A stretch of DNA of 62,857 nucleotides, counting the filler, from Klebsormidium nitens (lineage: Eukaryota > Plantae > Klebsormidiophyceae), in the NCBI GenBank assembly GCA_000708835.1. It is 11 parts of 11 records of this genome, joined end to end, with 100 filler letters (N's around TTAATTAATTAA, not from the genome) between each part and the next. Parts side by side here need not be neighbours in the genome. Positions count along the whole stretch, not along the records: positions 22,102 to 26,646 come from DF237870.1; positions 26,747 to 30,016 come from DF238706.1; positions 30,117 to 32,983 come from DF238631.1; positions 33,084 to 51,695 come from DF237558.1; 7 more parts are not named here. One strand, written 5' to 3'. Numbering within the stretch: position 1 is the stretch's first letter; each line of letters opens with the position of its first letter. Positions 22,685-34,139 of the stretch are shown here, in pieces. Below the pieces are notes generated by a model that was not told the origin of the DNA, searched no databases, and saw only the letters and a program-made list of their open reading frames with translations. A program made the position numbers and the translations under genes.

Positions 22685-23658
22685 GCTAGAATGCTAGAAA
22701 AATAAGGCGCCCTAGCGCCAAAGTGAACTTCTGCTTGAATTTCTAGCGGCGAGTTGGAAATGAAAGCTACGCAACTCGCTGCAAGGGTTTTATAGTCGAA
22801 TTTCCTAGTCTGCAGCTAGGTTTATTATTATCGAAAAAGTCTTATCGAACTATTCAACACTATTATCGCACTCTAGCCTAGTCGATAATAGTCTAGTTTT
22901 GCGCATCATCCCAGATCGAAGGTGCTTGGGAATTACCTCAAACGCTGAGCTGGCAGGGGCATGCTGGCGACAGCATCGCCAGCATCTGCCACTGATGACG
23001 TCAGTAAAGGTTTGGATGATCCCGCATTTTGAAACTTGAGAGCGGTAAACCTTGGCACAACCCGGCACTGGCTCGCGGGGGCGGCCTGCAGGCTTGTGCC
23101 GGGGCGGCGCGAGTCTCAAATCCCACCCAACTCTCTCGGCCGTCCGATGGGCAGGGTTTCTCCGAGCGCCGTCGATCGGCGATTCGGCTGAACTGCACAG
23201 AAGGTGCCCGGTTTGGCCGCGACCACCATAGGCTATGCACCTCAGCAAGCTGAAACTTACCCCAGAAGCCTGTACGGGTGTAGGTAGACTCTACAGTAGC
23301 AGCCTGCTGGGGCATCGGAGGCGCCTGAGTCAGCGAGCAACCCGCCGTGACTCGTGAGTGCGCTGAAGGGGCGCTGGAGTGCCAAAGAACAATGTGGGGC
23401 GGCATTTAAAAGTGAGCTCCAGATTTTGCAGCAGCTCCGGATCAAGCCGCCGGGTGTGTATGTGCAACTTGTCATGTCTCTGGCATCGTTCAATGATCTG
23501 CGTGAATCTCTAAGTCACCAATAGACATGACTCTGATAGAGTCGAGTAAATTTTTGAAGTGTTGTCAAACAGCCGGATATGAGCAATTGCACGTACTAAA
23601 AGCCAACTACTCTCCAGCCCCAAGCCGTACACACTGTAACTGATAGAACGAGCTTGCA

Positions 23659-24360
23659 ACAAATTGCACTGGCTTTTGAAGCTTAAATGTATAGAACAAG
23701 GGTGTAGATTGACAGAGGCCTTCTTGGATGCGGGCTTGGATGATTGTTGGGTTGTTGGGTGACGTTGTAGATGGATATGGAACGAGCTTCAAACAATCTG
23801 CGCCCATGCCGAGGTGGTCTCTGGTCACTGTAAATGATCAAGTATTATGCAAAAAGTCTGTAATTGATGAACGAGCTCCAAACAATTTGCGCCCATGCCG
23901 AGGTGGTTTCTGGTCACTGTAAATGATCAATCGAACTTTTGACAAATTGCACTGGTTTATGAATCTTGATGTATAGAACAAGGGTGCAAATTGTCGGGGG
24001 CCCATTCCAGGTGTTCTGCGAAAAAAACGGTAATTGATTGAACGAACTCAACCAGTGACAAATTGCACTGGCTTATGAATCTTGATGTATAGAACAAGGG
24101 TGCAAATTGTCAGGGACCATCCCAAGTATTATGCGGCAACTTGGAAAACTGTAATTGATTGTTCACAAACTCAGTCAGTGACAATTTGCACTGGCTTATG
24201 AATCTTGATGTATAGGACAAGGGTGCAAATTGTCAGGACCATCCCGGGTGCTATGCGGAAAAACTGTAATTGATTGAACGAAGTCAGTCAATGACAAATT
24301 GCACTGGCTTATGAATCTTGATGTATAGAACAAGGGTGCACATTGTCAGGGGCCATCCCA
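23659..24360. repeat. Tandem array of 113-123-bp units, each with a 57-bp core bounded by 13-bp inverted repeats
   Basis: TGACAA(A/T)TTGCAC-31 nt-GTGCAAATTGTCA cores at 23940, 24056, 24179, 24292 and a diverged copy near 23660. A separate 49-bp duplication lies at about 23793 and 23882. Confidence 0.92.
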
Positions 24361-24716
24361 AGTATGATGCGGCATGGCCGGGTCCGGGCACTTTTGGCAC
24401 GGTGTACCCAGTGCTCGCAAATAGTTTTCTAGAATTCTACTGATTAGCAGTGGTTACGTGCCATCAATCACAACGGAAAAGTTGATGGCGTGGTCGTCGT
24501 CCAAGTTGATGGTGGGTCAACTCACAAACAAACGCTTTGAACAAACTTGATGCAATTCTAACGAGGCCCTTTTACTTGCAGGTATAGCCAAAAGGTGCAA
24601 ATGCATGACTCAAAGAGACTCAATTTCATCCATGCGCACATGGCATGGTCATAGCTCCACGAAGCAGCTCGATGGCAAGAAAGTGTCTACTAGCTTGCAA
24701 GCTTGCAGGCAGAAGG

Positions 24717-25299
24717 TTAGTCTTCACCAGCCACACACGGACACATTGCATACTTGCACACATCATCTGTAGCCTCCAGACACATGCAAACCTCGCCAAT
24801 AGACCATGCTTCAGCATCAATATTGACGTCAGCATCAGCTTCAGCTTCAGGGTCGACTGGGTGGAAGAGCGGGTCATGAAATTCAACCACTATGGAGACA
24901 AGGTCCTGACGCTCAAAGCCCCCCTTGCTCATGAATCTTCGGAACAAACGAGGCCAATTGGGATTGGTAGTCTTGCAACATCTGCCCATCTCGCGAAGAT
25001 GGCGGATGGTGAGACTTGCTGCATCGTAGAAGAGCTTTGCATCTCTGCAGACGTGGGGGTCGTTGGTGTTCAAGCTTGAACAGATGTTTGATTGCCCCCA
25101 TAACGTAGTCAGCAATGAACCTCCACTCGACCATGCGGTTCGCCGGCATCCCCAGATAGTATTGTCTGTCCTCAAACCCATACTTAAGGTCCGAGGTCCC
25201 TGGCAGATGATACTTCATGTCCGTGGTCGTGCCATGTGGAAGCGCCATATCAATCAAAGTTACCCATTTCGAGACGAGTTCTTTTCCTAAGTACGTCAA
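24717..25299 (-). pseudogene. Possible frameshifted hypothetical gene with Cys-rich C-terminus
   Basis: ORFs 24913-25299 and 24717-25181 overlap and each look protein-like in complementary halves (switch near 25075); ends in CMCLEATDDVCKYAMCPC. Confidence 0.3.
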
Positions 25300-25386
25300 C
25301 AGAGTGCACTTTGAGCGGGTCGTACATGCTTAGGGGTTTCTGTGGGGTTACAAAACTGGTGTTCACAAACTTAGGGAGACCACGAT

Positions 25387-26637
25387 GTGCTCAAAACATC
25401 AAGTCGTTTTTTTGCTGACAGGATGGACCTTTCAACGCCGTCTGAAGGCCTCAAAAATCCCACGAGCACCGTGCTGCTTGCGTCAACCACCCCAGCAGCC
25501 TCAGCGGGCCTGCACGAGAGCCTGAAGGCCGGTCAAGCCGTCAGGAGTTGTGCGGCAGTCCACTTCCAAGGCCTGGCTCCAGCCTTCAGCGACATCAAGA
25601 GCGTCCCGGCGGCCGTGCCGCCTTTGCCAAACGCGGGAGGCGTCCGTGGAGGCCGGCCCTCGTTCGCGGCCAAGCATGGTGCTGCAGACTTTGCCTTCGA
25701 CTATGGACTCGCCTTCAGCTTGCGGCCTGCCGGGGCCTTTGCTCGGGGCGGCTTTGGCTCGACGTGCATCGGGCGCACGTGCGGCGGGAAGGGAGCGGTC
25801 TACGCCCGGGGGAGCGAACCCTTTATCTGGCCGCGACAACGAAACCGGGGCGGCGCAGTCATTTGTCGGGGCGGTGGGGGGCATGTCCTGTGCTTGCGGT
25901 GTGTGGAGGCCCAGTACGAAGAAGAACGCCCCTTTGTCTCAAGCGCGACCGGGTGTCCCGTTCCTCAGCAAGAGCTCTTCACCAAGTACGAAGCCTTTCC
26001 TGAAACAAAAGAGCTTCGAGAGGTACGGTCAGGAGAGGCGGCGAGCGAGGGCGCCTACCAATTCTTCGTGCAGAGGAGGGACCTCGCCTCTTGCCCGTGC
26101 TGTCGTGAGCCCAAGGCCGCCTTGGGGCGCGGTGTCAAGAGAGCGCTCGAGCAGGGGCCGAGCCCATTGGAGCTCGGGACGGTGGCGATCCTTTCAGAGT
26201 TGAGGCGAAGCAAGATCCCTCCGATTGCGGTTGCCCCCGGCCTGTTCCTGGTCTCGTGGTTGGACCTTTCCAGTGGGCGCCTTCAGGACATTTCCGCCAC
26301 GGATCGGGGGGTCGTCAACGTCCCCCGACTCGTGAAGGTCGACCACATGGGCAACTTCAGGTGCTTGTGCGGTCGGAAGGCGTGCCGGGATCATGAGATG
26401 GGGTTGCTTCAGGAGACCAGGTCCATGGGCGGCTGGTGGCAAAACGGGGAGGCCATCTTCACCCCGTTTGACGACAGCCGTCCGTTGGTGCGGGAGGTCA
26501 CGAGCGGCGTGCCTTGGGTGTTGCCGCTGGACCAAGGCGGGTTCCTGGGGGGTGCTCTCTTTGGGCTGGACGCCGAGGCGTGGAAGGGCGGGCCGCAGCT
26601 CCGACTGGTTGTCGTGAGCAACCCCGGAGAGGTGTGA
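25387..26637 (+). CDS. Cys-rich hypothetical protein with SWIM-like zinc finger (possible transposase N-terminal region)
   Basis: 416 aa GC-rich ORF with CxxxxC, HxxCxxC, CPCC and RCLCGRKACRDH (CxC-x4-C-x2-H). Confidence 0.5.
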   Translation: MLKTSSRFFADRMDLSTPSEGLKNPTSTVLLASTTPAASAGLHESLKAGQAVRSCAAVHFQGLAPAFSDIKSVPAAVPPLPNAGGVRGGRPSFAAKHGAADFAFDYGLAFSLRPAGAFARGGFGSTCIGRTCGGKGAVYARGSEPFIWPRQRNRGGAVICRGGGGHVLCLRCVEAQYEEERPFVSSATGCPVPQQELFTKYEAFPETKELREVRSGEAASEGAYQFFVQRRDLASCPCCREPKAALGRGVKRALEQGPSPLELGTVAILSELRRSKIPPIAVAPGLFLVSWLDLSSGRLQDISATDRGVVNVPRLVKVDHMGNFRCLCGRKACRDHEMGLLQETRSMGGWWQNGEAIFTPFDDSRPLVREVTSGVPWVLPLDQGGFLGGALFGLDAEAWKGGPQLRLVVVSNPGEV

Positions 26638-29600
26638 CGGTTGGACNNNNNNNNNNNNNNNNNNNNNNNNNNNNNNNNNNNNNNNNNNNNTTAATTAATT
26701 AANNNNNNNNNNNNNNNNNNNNNNNNNNNNNNNNNNNNNNNNNNNNTCCCAAAGCAAGTTCTTTCGTGGTTGTTGCCATTCCTTGTGGTCTGAACCAGTC
26801 GAAGAGCGCTGGGGCCCCACATTTTGTTGCCCTCGCCAAAGTGGAGCGTGAGAACCGGAGGGCAACAAGGACGTTGCATAGCTTACGAGCAGGTTTGCAG
26901 AGACGCAATTACTCCAGCTAAGTGTTGGAAGTATGGACCGTGCTGACGTCACGCCGACGTCACAAGTCCCGTACTTACAACAAAATGTGGGACCGGAAGG
27001 TCCCGGGAACCACGGTGGGAGCGGCTCCCACTGTGGGCAAAAAGTGTCTGGGCGGGTTAACTACTCGGCGAGTTACTCCGGAGGGTGGAAGGCAGAACGA
27101 GCCCGTGCTGGCCCTGCCGGTGCAGGGGCGCAAGTTCAAGGTGCGTTGCGCTCAAATGTCTGTATTACGTCAGCTCAAAAGATTGCGGCGTCGCTGAAAG
27201 TTCCTCTCACCCGTAACACAGATTCGAGGATTCAATTTGACAAGTTCTTAGGTAGTTTAGGATTGACAATATGACAGGGTACGGGTTCGATGGGATCGGT
27301 TTTTCGAAAGCGATGTAAGATGACTCTTGGTGCATATTCTCTACCTTCCAACACAGATGCAGTGTATGAGCAGAACATGTGGTCACCTACAAGATTTTTC
27401 ATCCTGATTGCACGTTTTACTTGCTAGAAAAGGCAACGTGTCCAGATGCATAGGACTCCAAATCTGTTGTATCACTTTGTGTAATCTTCAGGCGCCGACA
27501 GCTTCGAATAGGCAGAAGCGGAACTCAAAGTTCACTCGAGAACGAACGTTCGTTCATGTCATTGATGTGCTAAGCAGCTGCTTTTCATGAATGACGTGTG
27601 CCGGCTTCCAGTCATGTTACGGTTGATTGGCGGATGGTCCATCGGAACCGGTGGGCCGGATCATTCGCTGAACTACTTAAGGAAGTGGGCGGCAGAAAAG
27701 CCGCGGAAATCGTCGCGTCCGTGTTGAAAGAGTAGAAAGCGGGGGGGTGCGGGGGGCGGCAGCCCCCCCNNNNNNNNNNNNNNNNNNNNNNNNNNNNNNN
27801 NNNNNNNNNNNNNNNNNNNNNNNNNNNNNNNNNNNNNNNNNNNNNNNNNNNNNNNNNNNNNNNNNNNNNNNNNNNNNNNNNNNNNNNNNNNNNNNNNNNN
27901 NNNNNNNNNNNNNNNNNNNNNNNNNNNNNNNNNNNNNNNNNNNNNNNNNNNNNNNNNNNNNNNNNNNNNNNNNNNNNNNNNNNNNNNNNNNNNNNNNNNN
28001 NNNNNNNNNNNNNNNNNNNNNNNNNNNNNNNNNNNNNNNNNNNNNNNNNNNNNNNNNNNNNNNNNNNNNNNNNNNNNNNNNNNNNNNNNNNNNNNNNNNN
28101 NNNNNNNNNNNNNNNNNNNNNNNNNNNNNNNNNNNNNNNNNNNNNNNNNNNNNNNNNNNNNNNNNNNNNNNNNNNNNNNNNNNNNNNNNNNNNNNNNNNN
28201 NNNNNNNNNNNNNNNNNNNNNNNNNNNNNNNNNNNNNNNNNNNNNNNNNNNNNNNNNNNNNNNNNNNNNNNNNNNNNNNNNNNNNNNNNNNNNNNNNNNN
28301 NNNNNNNNNNNNNNNNNNNNNNNNNNNNNNNNNNNNNNNNNNNNNNNNNNNNNNNNNNNNNNNNNNNNNNNNNNNNNNNNNNNNNNNNNNNNNNNNNNNN
28401 NNNNNNNNNNNNNNNNNNNNNNNNNNNNNNNNNNNNNNNNNNNNNNNNNNNNNNNNNNNNNNNNNNNNNNNNNNNNNNNNNNNNNNNNNNNNNNNNNNNN
28501 NNNNNNNNNNNNNNNNNNNNNNNNNNNNNNNNNNNNNNNNNNNNNNNNNNNNNNNNNNNNNNNNNNNNNNNNNNNNNNNNNNNNNNNNNNNNNNNNNNNN
28601 NNNNNNNNNNNNNNNNNNNNNNNNNNNNNNNNNNNNNNNNNNNNNNNNNNNNNNNNNNNNNNNNNNNNNNNNCCCCCGCGCAGTTTTACGCTCTTATCTT
28701 AAGGTCGCTAGGTCGGCTCGACTTAAATGGGAGACAGGAAAAGTCCATTGTAGCGTACGCTGCATTTGTGAGCTATGTATGTAGCCGTACAAGAACAACT
28801 TGGATTGCGACGGGTTGCGCAACATTGTATTGAAGATAAAAATGTGCCGCATTTTCATCCAAATCGAGTGCACGGGGAGGGAACAGCAAGTTAGGTGAAT
28901 GATAAATTAATCACCGCTGCAGGATGCGGGAAGTTTAGCAGGCACGGACAAATACTGCGAATCGATAAACAATAAGCATATACAGGATTGCGTCAGTAGT
29001 GCCACTGCTGAGCAGCGGACCGTAATAGAGGGTATTGGCAGCCATCAAATGCAACGGAATTTTGCGCGCGCGCTTAAAACCGGCGATGCAGCCAGTGGAT
29101 TTGCCCGGGGCCACTGCTTTCCTATCTCTCTCGGGCGGTGTCCTCGTAGAACCGGGCCGAAGCTTAATTTGTGCCCCGTGGTATGTGCCTCTCGGCGTAT
29201 TCTCCTAGTACGGGTTGTATGGGGTCGGGACCGTGCGTAAAGTACCGGGTCGTAGTATTGACTGCCGCCAATATTGAGCTTGCGCCCGGTCTGTGACCCC
29301 GGCGATCGCCTCCGGGTACCCTCAATTTGTCGGTACGCTTTGGAGGAACCTCTATTCGAGGCCGTCCATATGATCGCACAAACAGCATCGACGGCACCTG
29401 ACTCTTGGATTTCTTTCGGAATTTGAATTGTTTATTAGATATATTCTCTCCTTCCAGCCGCTTATTATTAATGCGCAATGATTGGAATCTTCATCGCAAC
29501 GGCGTAGCAGAAAAACGTGCGCATCTTACGGCTACTAAACGACGTTGTTGGATCTTTTCAGCGGTCGATGGGGCACCCGTGCTAGGTTTACGGTTTAGAT

Positions 29601-29979
29601 CGGTCGATGTTTTGTCGCTTAGCGGCACGAGGCCGAAAATTTGTTAATTTGCACCGTGACACGTGAGAAGGTTTCTTCGTTCTGATAGGGCGGTCACATC
29701 TAAGATTTTCGAGGTTCGGTAGTCCCGAACTTTGCAAAGTTCGGGAGTTTTTTTCCCCGACGGTGAAAAAAACAGCTTCGGGACTACCGAAAACATCGCG
29801 GACTTTTTCTACGGTGGTCCCGAACATACTTCGGGACTCCCGAACTTTTCCGGAGCCGTACTAAAAGTTTGACGTAGACACCCTCCGCGGGCGAGATATA
29901 GTGGATCAGCGGTCTTCACGGGATAACTCTTGTACTTCCCCCTTGCCAGGTCCCGGTAGTCCCGAAGCACCAGCTCAAA

Positions 29980-30016
29980 CAATCAATCAATCAATCAATC
30001 AATCAATTTATTTTAA
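29980..30016 (-). repeat. AATAAA followed by (TTGA)6 microsatellite; resembles a non-LTR retroelement 3' tail
   Basis: Minus strand reads TAAAATAAATTGATTGATTGATTGATTGATTGATTG at the contig end; any element body would lie beyond the contig. Confidence 0.5.
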
Positions 30017-30279
30017 NNNNNNNNNNNNNNNNNNNNNNNNNNNNNNNNNNNNNNNNNNNNTTAATTAATTAANNNNNNNNNNNNNNNNNNNNNNNNNNNN
30101 NNNNNNNNNNNNNNNNGACGGTCCACTGAGCCTACTAGGCTAGAGTGTAGACCTAAAGATAGGCCGTGACTCGGAACACTCCATATACATTGTGTGAACT
30201 TGATTGATTGAATATCACTTCCAACAACGCTGTGTTTCAACACTCGGGCCCCAAACACCCTTATATGCCCGACATTCGG

Positions 30280-32140
30280 TTTTTCACCGAAGTAAAGTTC
30301 CTACAGAGTCCTCCCATGGGCGCTCACGGGCGTCCGGTTCCCGGTGTAGTTGGCCGTCACCCCGGCTTCCGCCCAGAACTCTTTGGAGCCCAAGCATCGC
30401 CCGGGTCTTCTTTTTCCCCGGTTGACTCCGTTCCGCCGACCCATTCTGCTCGGCACTATAGAGGGCGGTTTTCTCGTAAACCGTCCCCTTGCCCCCGAAC
30501 ACGACCTTGAGGGCCTTGTTCACGTACTTCTTACTCCGGTCCGTCCGCACCGACTTGAGCTGCTTTCCCGATTGCAACTTCAACCGATTGATCACGCGCT
30601 TAGTGACCTTGGCCACCTCGCTTTTCTGCTTCATCGGAACTACAACCGAGTGTTTGCTGTACATAGTCGTTCGAGGACGAGGCAAAGTACCGGCTTCCCC
30701 GTACTGAGGCTACCGGCATTGGCCCGCAGACGGCCATATGGACTAGCTCAAGAGGCTTCGTGCTCACCGAGTCGGGGTACGGGAAGGGAAGCCTAGTCCG
30801 CTTCCGCACAATGCAGCAGGGTTCACACACCGAGGTTTTAAGCGCCTTGAAAGCACTCGGTTTCAGCCCGACCCCTTCCACAAGGTCGCCCTGCACCATT
30901 TTTGCCAAGTTTTCGTACCCAGCGTTGTTTCAATCGACGGTGCCACGGCTCCGCCGTTTCCAGCTTCTTCACAACGAAGCACGTCTCCTTCTCTGCCCTT
31001 TTGACCACATCGACCCCCTTCACTTTCCGTGCGACAAGAACGACCTCTTCGTCAACCTCAAGCTCACAGTTGCCGTTCTCCTTGAACAGCACTCACGCAA
31101 CCTCGGTGGCCTTGCTCACCAAGATCAACTACGCTGCCTCCTCAGGGAGATACATCACTTTTTGCAGAGTAACCAAACTTTCTCCGGTCTGTGTTGCACA
31201 CCGCAAATCTACCTAGCCGCTCCCCTCTGCCCATAGGGACCCTTTGTCCCTGAACGTGAATTCTCGGCCACTCCCCCCGAACATTCGGAGGTTCTCAAAC
31301 AGATCTTGTCCCCGGTTTGGTGTTGGGAGCTATCCGAATCGACGAGCCACTCGTCGGTCGACACCCCATCAATGACGCTAATGGCCACACCCTTGGGAGG
31401 TTTCCCCCCCTCCTTTTGCTTCGGCTTGTGCTTCCGCCTATCCGGCTTACTGTACTTCGGAGCAATGTGACCGAACTCCTGGCAATTATAGCATTCGGGC
31501 CCCTTGCCCCGGCTCTCCTTTTTGCCGTGGCCTTTCTCCTTGCTCACTTTCGCCCGACCACATAGGCCATAGCGAAGTCCGACCCACTCCCGCCCTTTTC
31601 TTTGGGCAACTCCTCAAACCCATGCTCATGCACCAAGAGCTTCGGCAAAATTGCATCCACCGAGCTAAAGGCGCTCTCCAAAGCCTCTCGAATTGTTTTC
31701 AGGGTACTGAACCTCTTGGGCAATCCCGCAAGCACAATCCATGCCAACTCATCCGGCTTCATCTCGAAACCAGTCGCGACCAAGTTCCTATACAAATGGG
31801 CCTTTGCCCGACCCACATACATGGTCACGGGCGCTCCCGACTTCATCTTGGAAGAATGCGACTCTTGCCTGAGCTGCATCTTCCTTGCATTGGAATTGCT
31901 TTTGTAGGTCTTGTCAAGGAGATCCGACGCCTCCTGGCGGTTTTGCACTCCTCGATCGACCCCAAATGGTGATCCTCAACGTTTAGCCCGATGAGGAACA
32001 ACGGTTTCTTTGATTGAGCTGGGTGGTCTACGCAATCCTCAACCCCATTTCAAAGATCCTTGGAAGTCAGAAAAAACATAATCATCAATATCCACGTTCT
32101 AAAGTTCTCCACATTCAACTTATTGATGTAGACCTTGTAT
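30280..32140 (-). pseudogene. Decayed Ty1/Copia element (gag, knuckle, protease, GAG-pre-integrase, integrase) related to the 10-14 kb family
   Basis: KLNVENFRTW gag start, CYNCQEFGHIAP knuckle, EWLVDSDSSQH, PWHRRL, CEPCC, LELVHMAVCGP, EQNGSAER, spread over several frames with stops. Confidence 0.9.
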
Positions 32141-32397
32141 CAATCGCCCATTTTAAGGATTGCGTTCCCTTTCGTTGCTTTTCAGGACCAAAGGTGGATA
32201 ATTTCCTTTCAGGCTTTCCTTGCCACTTGATCCCCCTTACGGGCCTTGAAATGTCGTTTAGCTCAAAGAGCATCCACAATAAAGTAGACCGCCTCCACCG
32301 ATGCCTTCATTGACAAGAGAGAACCATTCGCCGGCCTTGACGTACATATTCAATTTTCACCCTCCCCGGAGTCTACTTTGAATGCTTGCGCTCTCAT

Positions 32398-32560
32398 CGT
32401 TGAACTTAGGTAGTACTCCTATTGTGTGAGTACGCCCTAACATCGTAGATGATTCTGTAGTTTTTTGATTGAGTTCCATGGAGTGGTAATTACCCCACTG
32501 GCAATGACCCCATTGGCAATTACCCCACTGGCAATTACCCCAGCAGTGGTAGTTGCCAGA
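32398..32560 (+). repeat. Partial LTR homologous to the 13857-14291 LTR, opposite in orientation to the adjacent decayed Copia
   Basis: CGTTGAACTTAGGTAGTACT...GTGTGAGTACGCCCTAA...GAGTGGTAATTACCCC matches the reverse complement of about 14130-14291, including the minisatellite. Confidence 0.85.
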
Positions 32561-32697
32561 AACTCATGATAGGGAGTCATAGTGTGGTTGAGTTACTCGT
32601 CGTCGGGTCTTATCGTGTTGCCCGACACCCATGCTCATCACTCATTGATGGCAGCCATACATCCTAAAAGGAACGCACGAAGCGCCTCACAAGCGGC

Positions 32698-32973
32698 TTG
32701 TCCACAGGAAGTATTGATTCTGAAGGTCTTCCGTCGAGCGAAGATTTCAGAAAGGGATATGCTTCTGACCCGTGGTTCTGGTCAGACGGTAACTTGAAAG
32801 GGTTACACTTTGAAGAAGAGGAGGGTCTGTGGTATCTGGATCACCGAGTGGTGGTTCCTGCTGGTGAAGTGCGTGAGAGGATACTCCAGGAATCTCATGA
32901 TGCACCTTACAGCGGCCACTTGGGACCAAGACTCTTTAACTGGTTACCAGAAACTATTGGTGGCCACATCTGA
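32698..32973 (+). pseudogene. Ty3/Gypsy pol fragment (linker before integrase and start of the HHCC zinc domain)
   Basis: GLWYLDHRVVVPAGEVRERILQESHDAPYSGHLG, typical of Gypsy integrase N-termini. Confidence 0.8.
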
Positions 32974-34139
32974 GGCAAAACGTNNNNNNNNNNNNNNNNN
33001 NNNNNNNNNNNNNNNNNNNNNNNNNNNTTAATTAATTAANNNNNNNNNNNNNNNNNNNNNNNNNNNNNNNNNNNNNNNNNNNNGAGGGGCCTTACCTACC
33101 TATATTCGTTGAAGAGTTCGCTCCAACTCAAGAACTGGCATGATCAAAAGGCTGATCAGAATCATTTGATATATGGGCTCGGGATTTTGGCGCGAGAGCT
33201 AGTCCATCTTGACCATCGGATAAGTGAAGCCTCGCTCAATGCCGTCGATTCCGTCGGGTGTTGACGTCACAAGCTTGCGCTTCAACGGTCGTGACGTCAG
33301 GCTCGGTCAGCGCTGCTTTGTCGTGCATAATGCAACCTGTGACAATGCAAATTATGCAACTCGTATTACCCGAGTACTGCTCAGTTTTTCAGCCTTGAAA
33401 GTTGACGCATACCTACCCTGCATGGGCATTGGTCAATTTGGTGCCACTTGCCTAAGTAATGTTGCCCTTCTCCTCCTACACCACCATACTCCTTGCTCTG
33501 CAGGACATAATCTTACCGAATGCGGCAAGTTGCCCCTGTAACGTCCCTGCGGCATAGGCTGCACGATGAGCCAGGCATGGTTGCTACTGTCAAAGCCGGG
33601 GCCAGGGGTTCTCGCGAAGCATGTAGATGCGCAATGCCATGTCAGGGGCAGATGCGAGGCTCGGAAGGGTTCTGCTGTTCCAACACTTGGCATGCTCAGA
33701 TTTGAACCGCGTTGTGTGCGCCCTAGACCGCTATTGAAAAGAGAGTTCCGATTACTCTTAGGCACGGGCCTTCGAAAGTCGTGCAGCGGGCCCAGCAGGG
33801 ATGGGGAGCAGGCAGCAAGGGCGATAGCGCAGCGCGCAAGCCATGGCGGGGTGGGCTGGCAGGCCAACACAGGGCGGCACAGGCCCCGCCCCTGCTCGGC
33901 TCAGCAGCAGCGATGCAAAGTCACTGAGCGCCAGCTACGGCCGCTGCTGCGTGGAAGTCTGCTGAGGCGGCCGGGGAGAAGCAACATGCAAAAGGAGGGG
34001 CCACGCAGCCAAGAGCTTGCACCCCTGGTAGATGCAACCTTGCACAGGAGGTTGCCTCTCTGCTGTCGTGTCCGGGCTGGTCCTGAGAGACGGGAGACGT
34101 CTGGAAGTGATGCTGGGGAAGCTTGGAGCGCTCGCCCGG

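Noticed and set aside
23940-24348. CRISPR array
   Set aside because: Repeats are 57 bp, the spacers are homologous to each other, the context is eukaryotic and no cas genes are present.
26923-27218. Solo LTR (TGTTG...TAACA)
   Set aside because: No target-site duplication, PBS or PPT found at the candidate ends; unsupported without other copies.
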